Shown here one piece after another: positions 25,153 to 38,709 of a stretch of 64,000 nt of DNA (its first letter is position 1; every line of letters begins with the position of its first letter). The notes under the pieces are model-generated. The model was not told where the DNA came from. It searched no databases and saw only the letters and a program-made list of their open reading frames with translations. This stretch comes from Eledone cirrhosa (Eukaryota): assembly GCA_964016885.1 (NCBI GenBank), contig OZ024741.1:85560001-85624000 (forward strand), read 5' to 3'. A program made the translations under genes and the position numbers.

Positions 25153-27020
25153 TCACTCACCCTTCGCCTCCTGGGGACCAGGCCGCACGATTTCCATGGG
25201 GTTGTTGGAGGGGTTGTCTGGATGGGTGGTGGTTTCCGGCGGGGTGGGGACGCAGATGTTTGGTGGGGTGGGGTCTGGTGGGATGGGGGTGTCTGGGGTG
25301 GGGAGGCATTTGAGAAGGACGCGGTTGAGTGGTTTCACGCAGGAATTACCCACATCCTTCTCAAATGTTTCTTTTAGGGACCTATAAGTTTGTATAGGGA
25401 CCCTAATCAGTTTTAGGTTCAGTTTTTTGCTATTTTTAATAGAGTGGGCGAAAGTCTTCCCTTCGGTGAAAACCGAAGGATCGTTCGTGATGGTCTCCAT
25501 TAGTGTTTTGTTTTCAGTGTTTATGTAAGTGTAAGTGTAATTTTCTTGTGTTGTGTTTGTTTTTGTCTGTAGTTCTTGTTGTAGGTATTTTGTTTTCAGG
25601 AGGTGGGGGTTTTGTTTGTGATATTTTTGTTGTTTGTGTTGGTGGTTGTATGTTTGTGGTAGTGTTTGCTGGTTTTTTTTGTTTTTGTGATGTCTTTACT
25701 TTCTTTTCGAGCGATGGGGTTCTCCCTCGTCTTCACTGGGTGATGGCGAGATAGCCTCATCTGTTGTATCGTCTGTGTGATTGGGGAGGGGTATGTCTTG
25801 GGGAGCTGTGGTTTTAGGTGGAGTGGGGTTGGGTGGGACTGTGTTTGTTGTGGTTATTTTTGTGTGTTGGTGTTGTTGTTGTTGTGGTGGTGTTGGTGGT
25901 TCTGTTGTTTTGATGGGTGTTGGCAGAAGAGCCTTTTTTTGGTTCATTAGTTTAGGACAGGAAGCCCTCAGGTGACCCCTGCTAAAGCAATGGTAACATG
26001 AAGGCCGCCTACCCTCAACCGAAAGATTTATGTAGGTGAGTCCGTCCAGGAGTACACGCTGTGGGATCATAGCTATTCGCTCTGGGCTCATTTGCACCAG
26101 AACTTCAATGCTAGTCCCATTGAATACATCTCTGGGGGACTTTCCTACTGACAGTATTCTGTCTTCATCAAAATTGATGAAGCCGCACAGTATCCACCAT
26201 ATGTTCACCTTTGGTGTGACACTTGTGATTCTGATCTTTTGTGTCCTTTTTCCCATGTATGTAGGGAAAAAGGTGTACAGGTTGGATACAATTGGCGACA
26301 CAGAGTAATTTTGGGCCGTCAATTGATCCTTCATGAAATACTCCCAAAAAGTTTGCTTCTTTGAATGAATGCAATATCATTCATTGAATTTTTGAATACC
26401 AGTTCAATTTCTTTCTGTGACAATTGGACTGGTTTTCGGGTAGAATTGGAAACTGTCCTAAAAACTATCGTTTTGAGAGCAGTTTCCTTGCGAATTTCTA
26501 CCGGAGAATTGATGCTGAAAGCACCATTTTTTTCGAAGGTGACATATCTCTTAGCGTCCTTTAAAAGTTGTTCAGCATTTGTTATGTCGAGATATATCAA
26601 TTGTTCTTTCTTTTGAACTTTCTCTGCAAAGGAGATTTTTGGGTTTTTTGTGGAATCCGTATTGGTGGTGTTGTCATTATTGTTGTTATTCTTGTTGTTA
26701 TTCTTGTTGTCACCGATGTTGGTATCATCCGTATTTTCCTTGGTGTTGTTGTTGTCTTTGATGCTGGTGTTATTGGCGTTGTCTTTATTTTTTTCTTTGC
26801 TGTTGTTATCATTGTTGCTTTTATCATCATTATTGGTTTTGCTGTTATTTTTGTTGTCATTGAACTGTTTGGTGTCATTTGTGTTTGGATATGAATTCGT
26901 TTTTTTATTTTCATTTTGTCTTTCCATCTCTATAGTATCTAGTGAAGAAGACGTTGTTGACTGCGAGCTTTGTAGTCTTACCGCCTCTCCACCACCATTA
27001 TCGTTGGACGCAGCGTTCAT
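25153..27020 (-). pseudogene. Tx1 ORF1: Asn-rich N-terminus, CCHC knuckle, Pro/Thr-rich tail
   Basis: ORFs 26331-27020, 25696-26334 (CYHCFSRGHLRASC) and 25153-25500 lie in series upstream of ORF2. Confidence 0.85.
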
Positions 27021-27239
27021 AACGTAATCAAAATTTTACAATATTTTTTCAAAGATTCGATGGAGAAAATTTTTTTAAATGGATATTTAATGAGTTGCCC
27101 ACCACCTGAAGGTCCAGACGGGTGGTCAAATTACACAATGATATAAAATTTAACTAAAAACTCACGTTTTTTTCTTACATAAATTAACGGAAACTTCTCC
27201 GCGAAATGACACACGTCTGATAGAGAAATAGATAGATAT

Positions 27240-29221
27240 GTTTCTTTTATTTGCCACTAGGGCATCAAAAGTGGGACAAGTACAAAGGGGGGAGTTTACA
27301 CAAAAAGGCGTCCTCAATAAGGAGGAGGCAATAACAAAATATAAAAATAAAATAAGATATAACAAAAAATAAAATTTATAACAAAATCCTCAATAGAGAG
27401 GAGGCGCCTTGGGGGTCGCACACACCCCCGAAAAAAGTGTGCAACCCTTTTCCTCAGGAGCACAGAGAGGGGGTGCTCCCTCGTTCCTTCCTCTTATCCA
27501 CCTACAGGCTTATGTAAAGAGAAGGCCCATTCACACGGGCCATTCTCGCCACTTTCACCCACCTTTCATAAAAACGACTGGGGTGCAGCACCTCTCTCTC
27601 CATCCTGATCCTTCTTCCGAAATGATATCGGAAGAAACGGACCAGTTGTTGGCCAGAGAGAAAGGTGCCTGACCTCAGTCCTTTCAGACGCGTCCACCAT
27701 ACAAACTCTTTCGCCATGGCTATTACGCACAGAAACACCGCCTCTGCTTCATCTTTGAAGGGGGGAGGCGGCTTGATCATTACAATAGACTCGGTGGTCA
27801 ACCGGATCGGTCCCACCCTTGACAGCAGTTGTTCGACATAGCCCCACAGATCGGCTACGCCAGAGCAGTGTACCAATGCGTGTGCAACGGTTTCCTCGTC
27901 GCACACGCATCTGGGACAGATCTTTTTGGCGGGGTCCCTACCCGGGCGCCCGTGTCTGTAGAGCCTTTCTCGAAGGGGTAAAGCCCCTCGGTAGCACTGC
28001 CAGGCCAGGGACTTCTGGAAGTTGTCCATAGGTCCCGGGCTGAATGTCCTACCGAACAGGCTGGCCAATTCGTCCTCCTCCATGTCTAGGGCTTCTCCGA
28101 GGGCGTCGTCGCACCTGCTGCGTACCAGCCCTCTATAGAATGTTGCGGTGGAGTCTCCACTGATAACCGGATCCGCCTGCCAGAGGGCGGTGAGCGCCTG
28201 GGCACACTCAGTGTGCCAGGCGCCCAGTTTTCTCGGTCTTTGCTTGACCCAGGATTGCAGCTCGGTGAGTGAGACGAGTCTGGGAAAGGTTCGTCTCACA
28301 AACGAGGCCCACACCGGTTGTCCGGTGAGGAATACGTAGAGGTGCCGTAGCCTTAATGCGTGTTTACGCATCATTAGCCACGGCATCCCCAGCCCTCCTT
28401 TCGAAGGGTGTTGACAGCAGATGGATCTCCTCACCATAGGAGCCCGCCTCTTCCAAAGGAATTGGAAGAGCGCGCGCTCCATCTTGGTGAGGGTTTCCCT
28501 TGGGCAGGGCACTACGGTCAGGCGGTAGTAGATGACGGACGCTATGTAGGTGTTCGCCACCTCCGCCCGACCTTTCAGGGATAGTTTGCAACTGGCCCAC
28601 TTCTGGGTCAGTGCAAACACCCTGTTCGTAACCTCCGCCCAGTTTTTCTCCACCTGGAGGTCCGGTCCGAACCAGACCCCGAGCAACTTCACCGGGCCCT
28701 CCGTCCAGCGTCCGACGACGCCATCGGAGGGCATCGGTCTGCCCCTCCACGTGCCGAGTTGCAAACCGATCGACTTGTCCCGGTTCAGCTTAGCCCCTGT
28801 GAACTTTTCGTACTCCTCCAGTAAGGTGCCGACCACCTCGATTTCGGAGGCCGTCGACACCATTACTGTCACGTCATCGGCGTAGGCCGACACCGCTTTC
28901 CGCAATCCCGGTTCCAAAGGGATGCCCTGCAACAACTCCAACTTCCGCAGTAGTGGCTCGAGAGTCAACACATACAGAAGGGAGGAGAGAGGGCACCCTT
29001 GTCGGATGGACCGCGCGATTTTGAAGGGCTCCGAGAGGTAGCCGTTCACCTTGACCCTAGAGCAGATGCGGCTGCTGTGCATAGCAGTGATCCAGCCCCT
29101 GAAAACGGGTCCGAAGCCTGCCGCCGCTAGCACCGCATCCAGGTAACCATGGTCGACCCTATCGAACGCCTTAGATTGATCCAAGTTGATCAGAGCCCCA
29201 CCAAAGCCGGGTTCGTTCCCA
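27240..29221 (-). mobile_element. 5'-truncated Tx1 LINE (copy B) with an uninterrupted 560 aa RT C-terminal ORF (27502-29184)
   Basis: KAFDRVDH, RQGCPLS, AYADD, CPRC. TSD AGAGAAATAGATAGATA at 27222-27238 and 29222-29238. Confidence 0.95.
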
Positions 29222-29227
29222 AGAGAA

Positions 29228-29259
<32 letters not shown>

Positions 29260-29369
29260 AGAGGTAAAGAGATAGATAGATATAATGTACTCTGTCAGTT
29301 CCAGCGACGTGACTTCTAATCGCTCAATTAACCGATCAGACAGAGACAGACATATAGACAGTCAGACAT

Positions 29370-29458
<89 letters not shown>

Positions 29459-29873
29459 TTGTGGTTCTTCAGTGTTGTTGAAGTGTTGGCTGTTCTGCTG
29501 GAGCTCATATTTCCACTAAACTATTAATTTCTCTTCAACATACTTCTTCTCCGATGACTCCATACTGATAATTTGTACTTTCACAAGTTTATCTCTGTAA
29601 TAATTCTGATGGTACATTCGGTATATTCCAAACCTCAGCTATTTAAATATCTGGTTTCTAATTAGCACCAGGAAAGCGCAAATCAGACTCTTAAATAATG
29701 GCTAATAAATTATTTCGTATCCAATTCGCAACAGGGTAATGCAGTTTCATCTATCATTACCCATACGTCAGTATAGATTCCTCTGCCAGCAACAATCACA
29801 GCAACAACAATAGCAACAAAAATAGCAGCCGTGTTTCGCTGTATTGTATAAGAATAGGTAATCAATAACACAT

Positions 29874-29999
<126 letters not shown>

Positions 30000-30085
30000 C
30001 ATGATCAAAATAACTGGTTTTCATCCAGATTTAATAATTTAATGCCAAACACTTTAATTGATATGTTGCTCCTTCAATGCTTCCG

Positions 30086-30205
<120 letters not shown>

Positions 30206-30885
30206 GATCGAAATAATTTACTTACTTTCCAGATTTAATGCCTGAAAAACTTTGATTCTTTTTTTTTTTTTACACTTCTATGCATCCATACCATTCTATT
30301 CAGCTGATCGTTTGTCCTCGTCCTTTTCTGTTTAGGAAAAAATAGATTTTTGTTTTCTAAACTAAACACAGTTGACATTATGTCATATTCACAAATTTTC
30401 TCCCACCACTTTACATTCAATTTTTAATGGAAATTGTTTCAAATTCTCCAAATCGTCTGCTTTCCTTGTTGTTTAGACAATTTTTGTTTTCTAAACTATA
30501 TATACGGTTTGCTTTATGCTACAACCACAGATTCCTTTTAACGATAACAACGTCTTCACCTTTCTATGCTTCGGTATCTTTTTATTCTACCAGTCGTCTG
30601 CGTCATTGAGATAAAATAGTTTTTTTCTCAAATAAACATGTTGGAAACTACCCAAAAACTCGATGGCACTATTTGTTCCAATGTAGAATCTACTAGTCTG
30701 AGAGAAAGAGGGTCTTGAAGCTGGTCTTTAAAAGAACTACCAACATTGGAGATGAAATATATTGTCAAGGATCTCCCAACCATAAACAAGATCTTCCAGT
30801 ACATGGAAGCCATAAAAAGATAAACTTTAGCTGCATTATAGATGTCCTTGTTTTTCGCCTATTTTTATATATGCTTCTTTTGCAT

Positions 30886-31013
<128 letters not shown>

Positions 31014-32119
31014 GTTTTTGTTTCCTAATTGTAAATTGTATTAAATACTTCCAGTTGGCCATGGTTTACTAGCTCTATACGGACGTTTAAATTGATTAAA
31101 TAAATAAGTAAATAAATAAATAGTTTCATTTCTAGATTTGGTGCCAAAAAAAACCGTCACTTCAAGTAAGTTGTTGTCCTTTCTGTGCTTCCGTATCTTT
31201 CTATTCCGCAGATCGTCTGCTCTCGTTGTTTTCCATTTAGACAAATAGATTTTTCTAAACCAAACATATTGTTTGGCTTTACGTCACATCCACAAATTAC
31301 TTTACCAGAATTATACATTCTATTTAGATACACTTTCCTTTTTATATTGATTTTATTCATTGTTTGTTTAGTATTTTATATTTATCTGCGTGTTTATGTT
31401 TATGTATGCGTGCTAGGGAGAGGGGGTATTTCTTGCATATTCTCAGTGGGGTTTTTTGTTTTGTTGATTTTTTTTGCTTATGATTCGTTCTCTTTTACAA
31501 ATCTATCTTAATGTGTACCTTTATTTATTTATTCCTTTTTGCTTACTTTCTTTTCGCCCTTATATACTGGGTTTTTTTTAAACTTTCTTCTTTTTCTCTT
31601 CTTTTGTCTCAGTCTTATTCTTACGTTACTTCTTCATATTATTATTACTATTATTATTATTATTGTTGTTGTTGTTATTTTTATCATTTAGTTTCTTCTT
31701 CCTTCTTACTCTTTCCAGATATTGGTTTCTTTTCAATTAGCACCACGCCAATGTTTGAGAAGTAATAGTGGCACGCTGTAATATGTCTGGTGATGATGAT
31801 GGTGATGATGAAGATGATAGTGATGATCATCATAATGATCCTTCATCAGTTTCGACGACGAACATTCAGTTGCACGATTAAGTGAAAATCTCAGCGTTGC
31901 ACATTATGTGACAATGATAGGCCTATGAATTATAGGTGCAGTCCATCCGATGCGCATGATCGGTTTCCGTCTACTCTGTTTCACTTACAAGACTCGGGCT
32001 ATAGAGGAGCATGGCGTAATAAGTTAGCCTAACATGAAAAGAAAGTAATTACCGCCCTTTATAGACTCTTCGAAATTAATGTCTTAAATATGGCTGATAA
32101 TAGGCTTTAACGTCTACAA

Positions 32120-32580
32120 GTAGTCGTTGTTGTTGTTGTTGTTGTTGTTGTTGCTGGTGATGTTGCTGATGATGTTGCTGTTGGTGTTGCTGTTGTTGCT
32201 GCTGTTGTTGTTGTTGCTGCTGCTATTGCTGTTGTTCTTGCTGTTGCTGTCCAGGTCGTCGTCGTTGTTGACGTTGCTGCTGTAGTTGTTGTTGTTGCTA
32301 TTGCTGTTCTAGTTGATGCTGCTGCTGATGTCGTATTAGCCGTTGTTGCTGTTGTCGTTGTCACCATCATCGACGTTGTTATTGTTGTCGTTGCTGCTGC
32401 TGTTATTGCTGCTGCTGTTTATGCGTTTGTTGTTGCTTTTGGTTTTAGTATTGTTGTTACTGTTGCTGTTGTTCTTCCTATTGTTCTTGTTACTGTTGTT
32501 GTTGCTGCTGTTGTTGTTGCCGCTGTTGCTGTTGCTGTTGCTGCTGATGCTGCTGTCGTCGCCGTCGTCGTCATCGTCAC
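32120..32580. repeat. Degenerate (GTT/GCT)n trinucleotide tract
   Basis: Direct reading. Confidence 0.9.
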
Positions 32581-33443
32581 TTTAACGGTCCTGCTGCAGG
32601 AAGGAAATTAAAGAAGATATGGAGAAGAATGGCCTCGACACTATCAAGGGAACTAGGGGAAAGTGAAATACGTGCCGAGCTTTATACCTAGCCTCTTGAA
32701 CCAGATATTTATGTCTGGTATACCCTGAAGATGCACATCAAGGTTTAGAGGTGTAAAGCCACTAACCAGCCTCTGATTTAAGTAGAATAAGGTCATCCTC
32801 AGATTCGTTAAACAACACGTTTTAGGGGATCAAACTCTACGCAGGGCTTTAGCTCTAGGAAAGCTAATTGAATAAAAATCAACATGATCATTGTCAGTGC
32901 ACACTACAATGTCAAAATACCTTAAACATACGTTTAAGGTGACTGAGGACTAATAGAAGGAAAAATCAAAATTACCCTTGTTTCTACACCACTGAGTCAA
33001 TCAAGCCCAACGTTCATTTGAAATGCACTAGAGTTAATAGAAACAACATAAGGTCTAAATGATCTTTGTCAGTACACACTACAGTTGATGAAGCTCCAGG
33101 AAGAATGTACTAGGATCACAGAAAAAAGAGAGAGGAAGAAAGAGAGAGAGGGGAGGTTAAAATAATTCGAAACTTAAAATGAAGTGACCATTTACAAATA
33201 TCATCACATTATTACGTATGCTGGAATGAAACATCACTGAAAACCTTTAAACACCACAAGGGCCCAGATAAGAAAGCCTCCGGACAATACAACATATCTT
33301 TGTTCAAAGAGACAATACAACATATTGTTCAAAGAGACAATACAACATACCTTTGTTCAAAGAGACTTAGAACAGCTTATTGCTGAAATTAACCAACACA
33401 AAGATTATCTTTCTTAAATGTTTGTCCCTTTAATTTTCTTCCG

Positions 33444-33528
<85 letters not shown>

Positions 33529-33702
33529 GGAGGTGAGTTTTATTGTAGTACAATAAAGCAATGCAGATATCGGATAAGAAGCACTCTACAGTTTGTAGGA
33601 ATGGAGTATACATAATATAATGATCTTATATATATATATATATATATATATATGTCAGAGCTAGTGAAAATATATGCTATTTTCAAAAATACACAGTGAG
33701 TG

Positions 33703-33798
33703 ATTGGCCTGATTTGCATATTAGCAGACTGGCTGATCAGTCAGATCTGCATATTAGCAGATCCACTGATCAACCAGATTTGCATATCAGCAGACTGA
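33703..33798 (+). promoter_or_regulatory. Three 33-bp repeats each with an octamer-like motif, preceded by ATTGG
   Basis: ATTTGCAT at 33712, ATCTGCAT at 33745, ATTTGCAT at 33778. Directly upstream of a hammerhead. Confidence 0.4.
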
Positions 33799-33804
33799 TA
33801 GTTT

Positions 33805-33880
33805 GGCAGGTGAACAGTGAGCTGTACTGATGAAGGGTGATACCCAGAAACATTAGTGTCTGCAGTTCTGTTCGCATGCC
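33805..33880 (+). ncRNA. Type I hammerhead ribozyme
   Basis: GAGCTGTA-CTGATGA-A-GGGT(GAT)ACCC-A-GAAA-CA(TTAG)TG-TC-TGCAGTTC. Stem I extends via GGCAGGTGAACAG/CTGTTCGCATGCC. Confidence 0.8.
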
Positions 33881-34030
33881 AACATAAGAGCAAGAATGAA
33901 GTGTTCATTCTACTGACATGGCTATAAAATTGAGGCTTGTTTGCATAATTGCAAACGAATCGAATGTTATTATTAATATTCGAAAAACTCAGATTACATT
34001 TATTTTATTCAGCCATGTAGAGCGAAATTT

Positions 34031-34111
<81 letters not shown>

Positions 34112-34393
34112 TACATATACATTGAGAAACACTGCTAAGTATATCACATTTAAATTTACATTGCTCTACGTGAATTTATAATCGTGCATAGTAGGATTTA
34201 ATACGTTTCTATAAAATTGTATGTAGCCTTATGTACGTAAGAAAATCCCGTATGTTTGAGTTGTATAGTTTCTTCACCTATAATTATTTGCTTTCGTATT
34301 TGAAATCATATTACTTTACACTATATATATATACCAGGTGGTGATATTAAGTTAGATAGGCCTGGGCCAATATTGACCGAAACGTACCAAAGG

Positions 34394-34424
<31 letters not shown>

Positions 34425-34639
34425 AATTAGCGGGAATCGTATTTCGGCTATTGGAAATGAGCGAAAAACAACTTCCGAGATGTGTGGCAAGCGCTCAATA
34501 GATTCTAACGAACCAGAGCTACAACATACGTTAAAAGGCCAAACACACTGAGATGATGGTTAAACCATTATCCGCACAGCCATAGAAACGACTAAGTAAT
34601 TCTGGTCAAACAAATTAAAAAAATATGATTGAAAAATTT

Positions 34640-34920
34640 ACCCGGACCCCTGGATGGTTGGTGAAAATCCAGCATTTGGGTTTCTGCGACTCCTAAATCA
34701 AGTACTGTCCGCTTAGACAAATAATGTTAAGCTTTTGGTAAGATGATTGAACAAGGACGTCACTTTCTCAACAGGCTTTAGTTCAAGTGCCAGGCCAAGG
34801 ATTGACCGTTACCAATACCCACGTGGGGCTCGGCAAGGGAGGCAACCCTTATTTTGCTGATTAACAGTTAAATGATGTAATAATAATAGGACTCAGCAAG
34901 AATCTCATCAGCGGACATTT
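34640..34920. repeat. Diverged homolog of the 795-1740 repeat module, opposite orientation
   Basis: Shares GGGTTTCTGCGAC.CCTAAATCAA, TACTGTC.GCTTA, AAGCTTTTGGTA and TCAACAGG in the same order. Confidence 0.7.
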
Positions 34921-35021
34921 GTCTATCTCCTTTGTTCTATCCTACGCCATCTTGTTTTTGTGTACACAGGTGCGTCACTCGACTTTAATTACAGTCGATA
35001 TCCGACCAAATCATCAGAATA

Positions 35022-35094
<73 letters not shown>

Positions 35095-35229
35095 ATAGCT
35101 TTCACCGTATTTTTAACTAAAGGAATTTTAGCTTGATAACGGGGTTTAGAACCCTCAGATAAATGGAAAAAGATGAGTATTGACGTACATGTACGTCAAA
35201 CTCGCTCACTGTTTCAAAACATACTTACT

Positions 35230-35343
<114 letters not shown>

Positions 35344-35498
35344 TGTTATACTTTAGGAGGGTCATGTTGCCAATAAAAACACACGCACCTGTTTTTCGAA
35401 TATTAATAATAACATTCGATTCGTTTGCAATTATGCAAACAAGCCTCAATTTTATAGCCATGTCAGTAGAATGAACACTTCGTTCTTGCTCTTATGTT

Positions 35499-35574
35499 GG
35501 CATGCGAACATAACTACAGACACTAATGTTTCTGGCTATCACCCTTCATCAGTACAGCTCACTGTTCACCTGCC
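35499..35574 (-). ncRNA. Type I hammerhead ribozyme, inverted partner of 33805-33880
   Basis: 35390-35577 is the reverse complement of ~33802-33990. Core intact, with one mismatch in stem II. Confidence 0.72.
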
Positions 35575-35892
35575 AAATAGGGTTTTATAAGATAACATGA
35601 TATCGTTTAAGGTAATCCAACTAGATGTTATGAGTACTCTGTATCGAGGATAGTTTTAACGTTCGGCGTTGTTTGATTTAACAAGAAGCTTCCTTAGTCG
35701 GGTGGCCGGTTTAAGAAAGTTCCTAGGCGGCGGTTCTTGGAGTAATAATAGTAAAAGAATGAGGAATAGCATGGTCGGCTGTACAGTAGGATTTATTTAA
35801 AGTATTAACAATTGTTTCATTAGTCGCTGATCGTTAGAAGTCACGTCACTCGACTTTAATTACAGTAGATATCCGACCAAACCATCAGAATA

Positions 35893-35959
<67 letters not shown>

Positions 35960-35963
<4 letters not shown>

Positions 35964-36300
35964 GTTATACTTTGGGAGGGTCATGTTGCCAATAAAAACA
36001 CGCGCACCTGTTTGTTTTCACTTCAATTTATTATAAGTTTGCGGTTGGTTGGCTGGTTGGTTCGATAACTGGAAGGTTGTTTATATATTATCAAAGCTCT
36101 TTCGTCACACATTCTGTGACCTCCTCAGTGACAAAGTTTTTATTTTTGTGTGTTTCTCCTTTGTTCTATCCTACACCATCTTGTTTTTGTGTACACAAAA
36201 ACAAGATGGCGTAGGATAGAACAAAGGAGATAGACAAATGTCCGCAGAAGAGATTCTTGCTGAGTCCTATTATTATTACATCATTTAACTGTTAATCAGC
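35960..36300 (-). mobile_element. PLE pseudo-LTR fragment related to 19863-20120, with a fold-back at GTGTACAC (~36190)
   Basis: Begins ATTGTTATACTTTGGGAGGGTCATGTTGCCAATAA as at 19864. A shorter piece lies at 35342-35390. Confidence 0.8.
36088..36134 (-). ncRNA. Minimal type I hammerhead ribozyme
   Basis: TTGTCA-CTGAGGA-G-GTCAC(AGAATGT)GTGAC-GAAA-GAGC-TT-TGATAA. Confidence 0.72.
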
Positions 36301-37129
36301 AGTTTTTGATAATTGCTATAACCAATTTCGGCAGGGTCAATCTATGTGGTCCTGGCAAAATGTAAGTCTTTTAATGTTTTCATGTTAAATTTCTTAAACT
36401 TTTTAACCACCCTTGTAATTTCTGTTTGGGTATTGTCACAGTAAGTATGGGTATTATCGCAGTAAGTTCGTTTTAATTCCAGTCTTCATCCATGTTAATA
36501 GTGAGTATTTCTGCAAGTAAAAACCCGGAATCAATACTGCAAACCATCTCAAAATGAAAAGCGCGAAAGGCAAAGTTAACTTCGGTGGTATTTCAGCTCA
36601 CAGTGCCAACAGCTGGTACAAATACACCAAGGAATTTTGTGCTACGATCTAACAACTCTTACATACTCATTAAAAGTGTTAATCAAATCTTTATCGATTT
36701 CAAACGATTAAACATGATGGCGAAAGTAAAAAATATAAAATGTGAAGATATTTCATATTTGATTTCATTTCCTTTACCTGTGAGAAATTTATCATTTTAT
36801 TTCTTTCGGAAGCAAAAATAAAGCACAACATCACTATATAGCTGACTCTGAATATCTATAAATATCCAATTAAACCTGACACATATGTCTACGACGAGTG
36901 GAGATTTCGAATCGACGTCTTTGGAGGATAACAGATCAAAGAAACTCATTGATTATTTTTCTTTCTTTAAATTGTGCATGAAACTTTTTATTTTTTTTTA
37001 GAAAGTAAAAATTACAACTAAACAAAACAAATGTTTTTGCTCGTGGAAATAGTAGCACGCTTCTAACAGAATAATGATCTGGCAGCACAGCAGAATGTCA
37101 ACAAACTGATGATAAAGATGGTCGGCTCA

Positions 37130-37600
37130 TGATCATAAAGTTGTAAGTTTGATTCCCTGTTGTGCATTATCTCTCTGAGCAAAGTATTTAATTTATCAAT
37201 GATCCAGTCCACACAGATGGAGAAAAAGATAGTTCTACGTGTAATTCAAAGTTCCAGTCATATCGCGCTCTATATCACGCTAAGTCTCCTTGAGAACTAC
37301 GTTGAGGATACACGTGTTTATGGAAATTTCAGCCATTTGCACGTTAATTTCATGAGCAGGCACTTCCGTTGATCGAATTAACTGGAACAATATCGCAGAC
37401 CTGTCAACTCTCCCCGTCCGACGGAGAGATCTCTCCGTTTTGGCGCATTTCTCCCTGTCTCCCCATTTTTGTGAAAATGGGTATAGCTTTCATTTTACCT
37501 CGTTTCTCCCCATTTTAGGGCACTTTTTCATGATACACCCCCGTTTGGATTTTTAGAGGTTGGCAAGTCTGCTATCGTCAGGATCGATGGAGGTCCAACA
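37130..37600 (+). mobile_element. SINE family 2, degraded and interrupted by a MITE; second copy at 39330-39590
   Basis: Shares CTCC.TGAGA.CTA, CACGTTAATTTCATGA and GTTGAT blocks with 39330-39590. Degenerate B box near the 5' end. Confidence 0.65.
37396..37571. mobile_element. hAT-like MITE
   Basis: Terminal inverted repeats CAGACCTGTCAAC / GTTGGCAAGTCTG. Second copy at 39672-39867. TSD unclear. Confidence 0.7.
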
Positions 37601-37905
37601 GCATTCACTGAATAAACTAAGTAGCTTTCTTCCACGTTCGTTCAAACATCTAGGAGTAACAGCCAAATCTACTTCAAATCACTCTCTATCGGTCCTCTAA
37701 AATTATGTGAACCCAGCAGATCCAGTTCTCTGTTTGTGCCACATTTGATAGGAGCATAAAGCTTTTAACTAAGCAATTCTCCCTGTATTATAAGTGTGTA
37801 GATAGCTTCTGATTAAGCCATCTATATTGCTTACAACACGAAATACGTATATCAGGCATGTTTACTGGTTTACATACACATTTATCGAAGCTTCTGTTAA
37901 AACAC

Positions 37906-37949
<44 letters not shown>

Positions 37950-38477
37950 TATTTAGAAATTAAAGGAAAGCACAAACAAGCGACAGGTCCCCTCTTCGGT
38001 TGCCTGCTGAAGGTCTCGGACATTTCAAAGAATTAAAGACAATATGCCTATCTCCAGTGCGTCAATAACTTTTGAAAGTTTTGGGGGAAGGAAAAAAAAG
38101 AGAGAAAAAAAAATTAAACAGAAGGGAAAAAAAGAAAAAAAAACAGACAACATACCAATAAAGGGAGGGGGCACGCGAGGTAAAACATGTATGTAAGTAA
38201 CCGGGAGAGACAATATGTCTATCTCCAGTGCGTCAATAACGTTTGTAAGTTATTGGGGAAGGAAAAGAGGAGGGAGAAAAAATAAATTAAACAGAAGGGA
38301 AAAAAGAAAAAAACGCAGAGGACATACCAATAAAAGGGGGACACGAGGAGAAGCGCATGTATGTATGTAAGTAACTGAGAGAGAGAGAGAGAGAGAGAAT
38401 GTGCTTCTCCTATTGTGTGTGTGTCCCCTTTTTATTGGTATGGTCTCTGCGTGCGTTTTTTTCTTTTTATATGTGTG

Positions 38478-38521
<44 letters not shown>

Positions 38522-38670
38522 CGCGCGCACGTTTGTGTATGTGCGTCTATATCTCCATATGCGTATACACACACACATATTTATACATTTCATACAAACA
38601 CACACACATATGCACACATTATAACACCTCCATAAACACTATACATATACACACAACACAATCAAATAGA

Positions 38671-38709
<39 letters not shown>

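Larger units (their letters stand above)
21445..27219 (-). mobile_element. Full-length Tx1/L1-type LINE (copy A), inactivated by frameshifts
   Basis: 5' UTR starts CAGACGTG. ORF1 has a zinc knuckle, ORF2 is APE-RT, and the 3' end has AATAAA. A 20 bp TSD (19/20 identical) lies at 21425-21444 and 27220-27239. Confidence 0.95.

Noticed and set aside
32107-32585. Poly-Thr/Ala and poly-Leu ORFs
   Set aside because: Products of a degenerate trinucleotide tract, with no unique domain or convincing splice context.
34885-34925. Minus-strand CTGATGA-GATTC/GAGTC hairpin as a hammerhead
   Set aside because: No GAAA follows stem II, and the related copy at ~36240 lacks the core.
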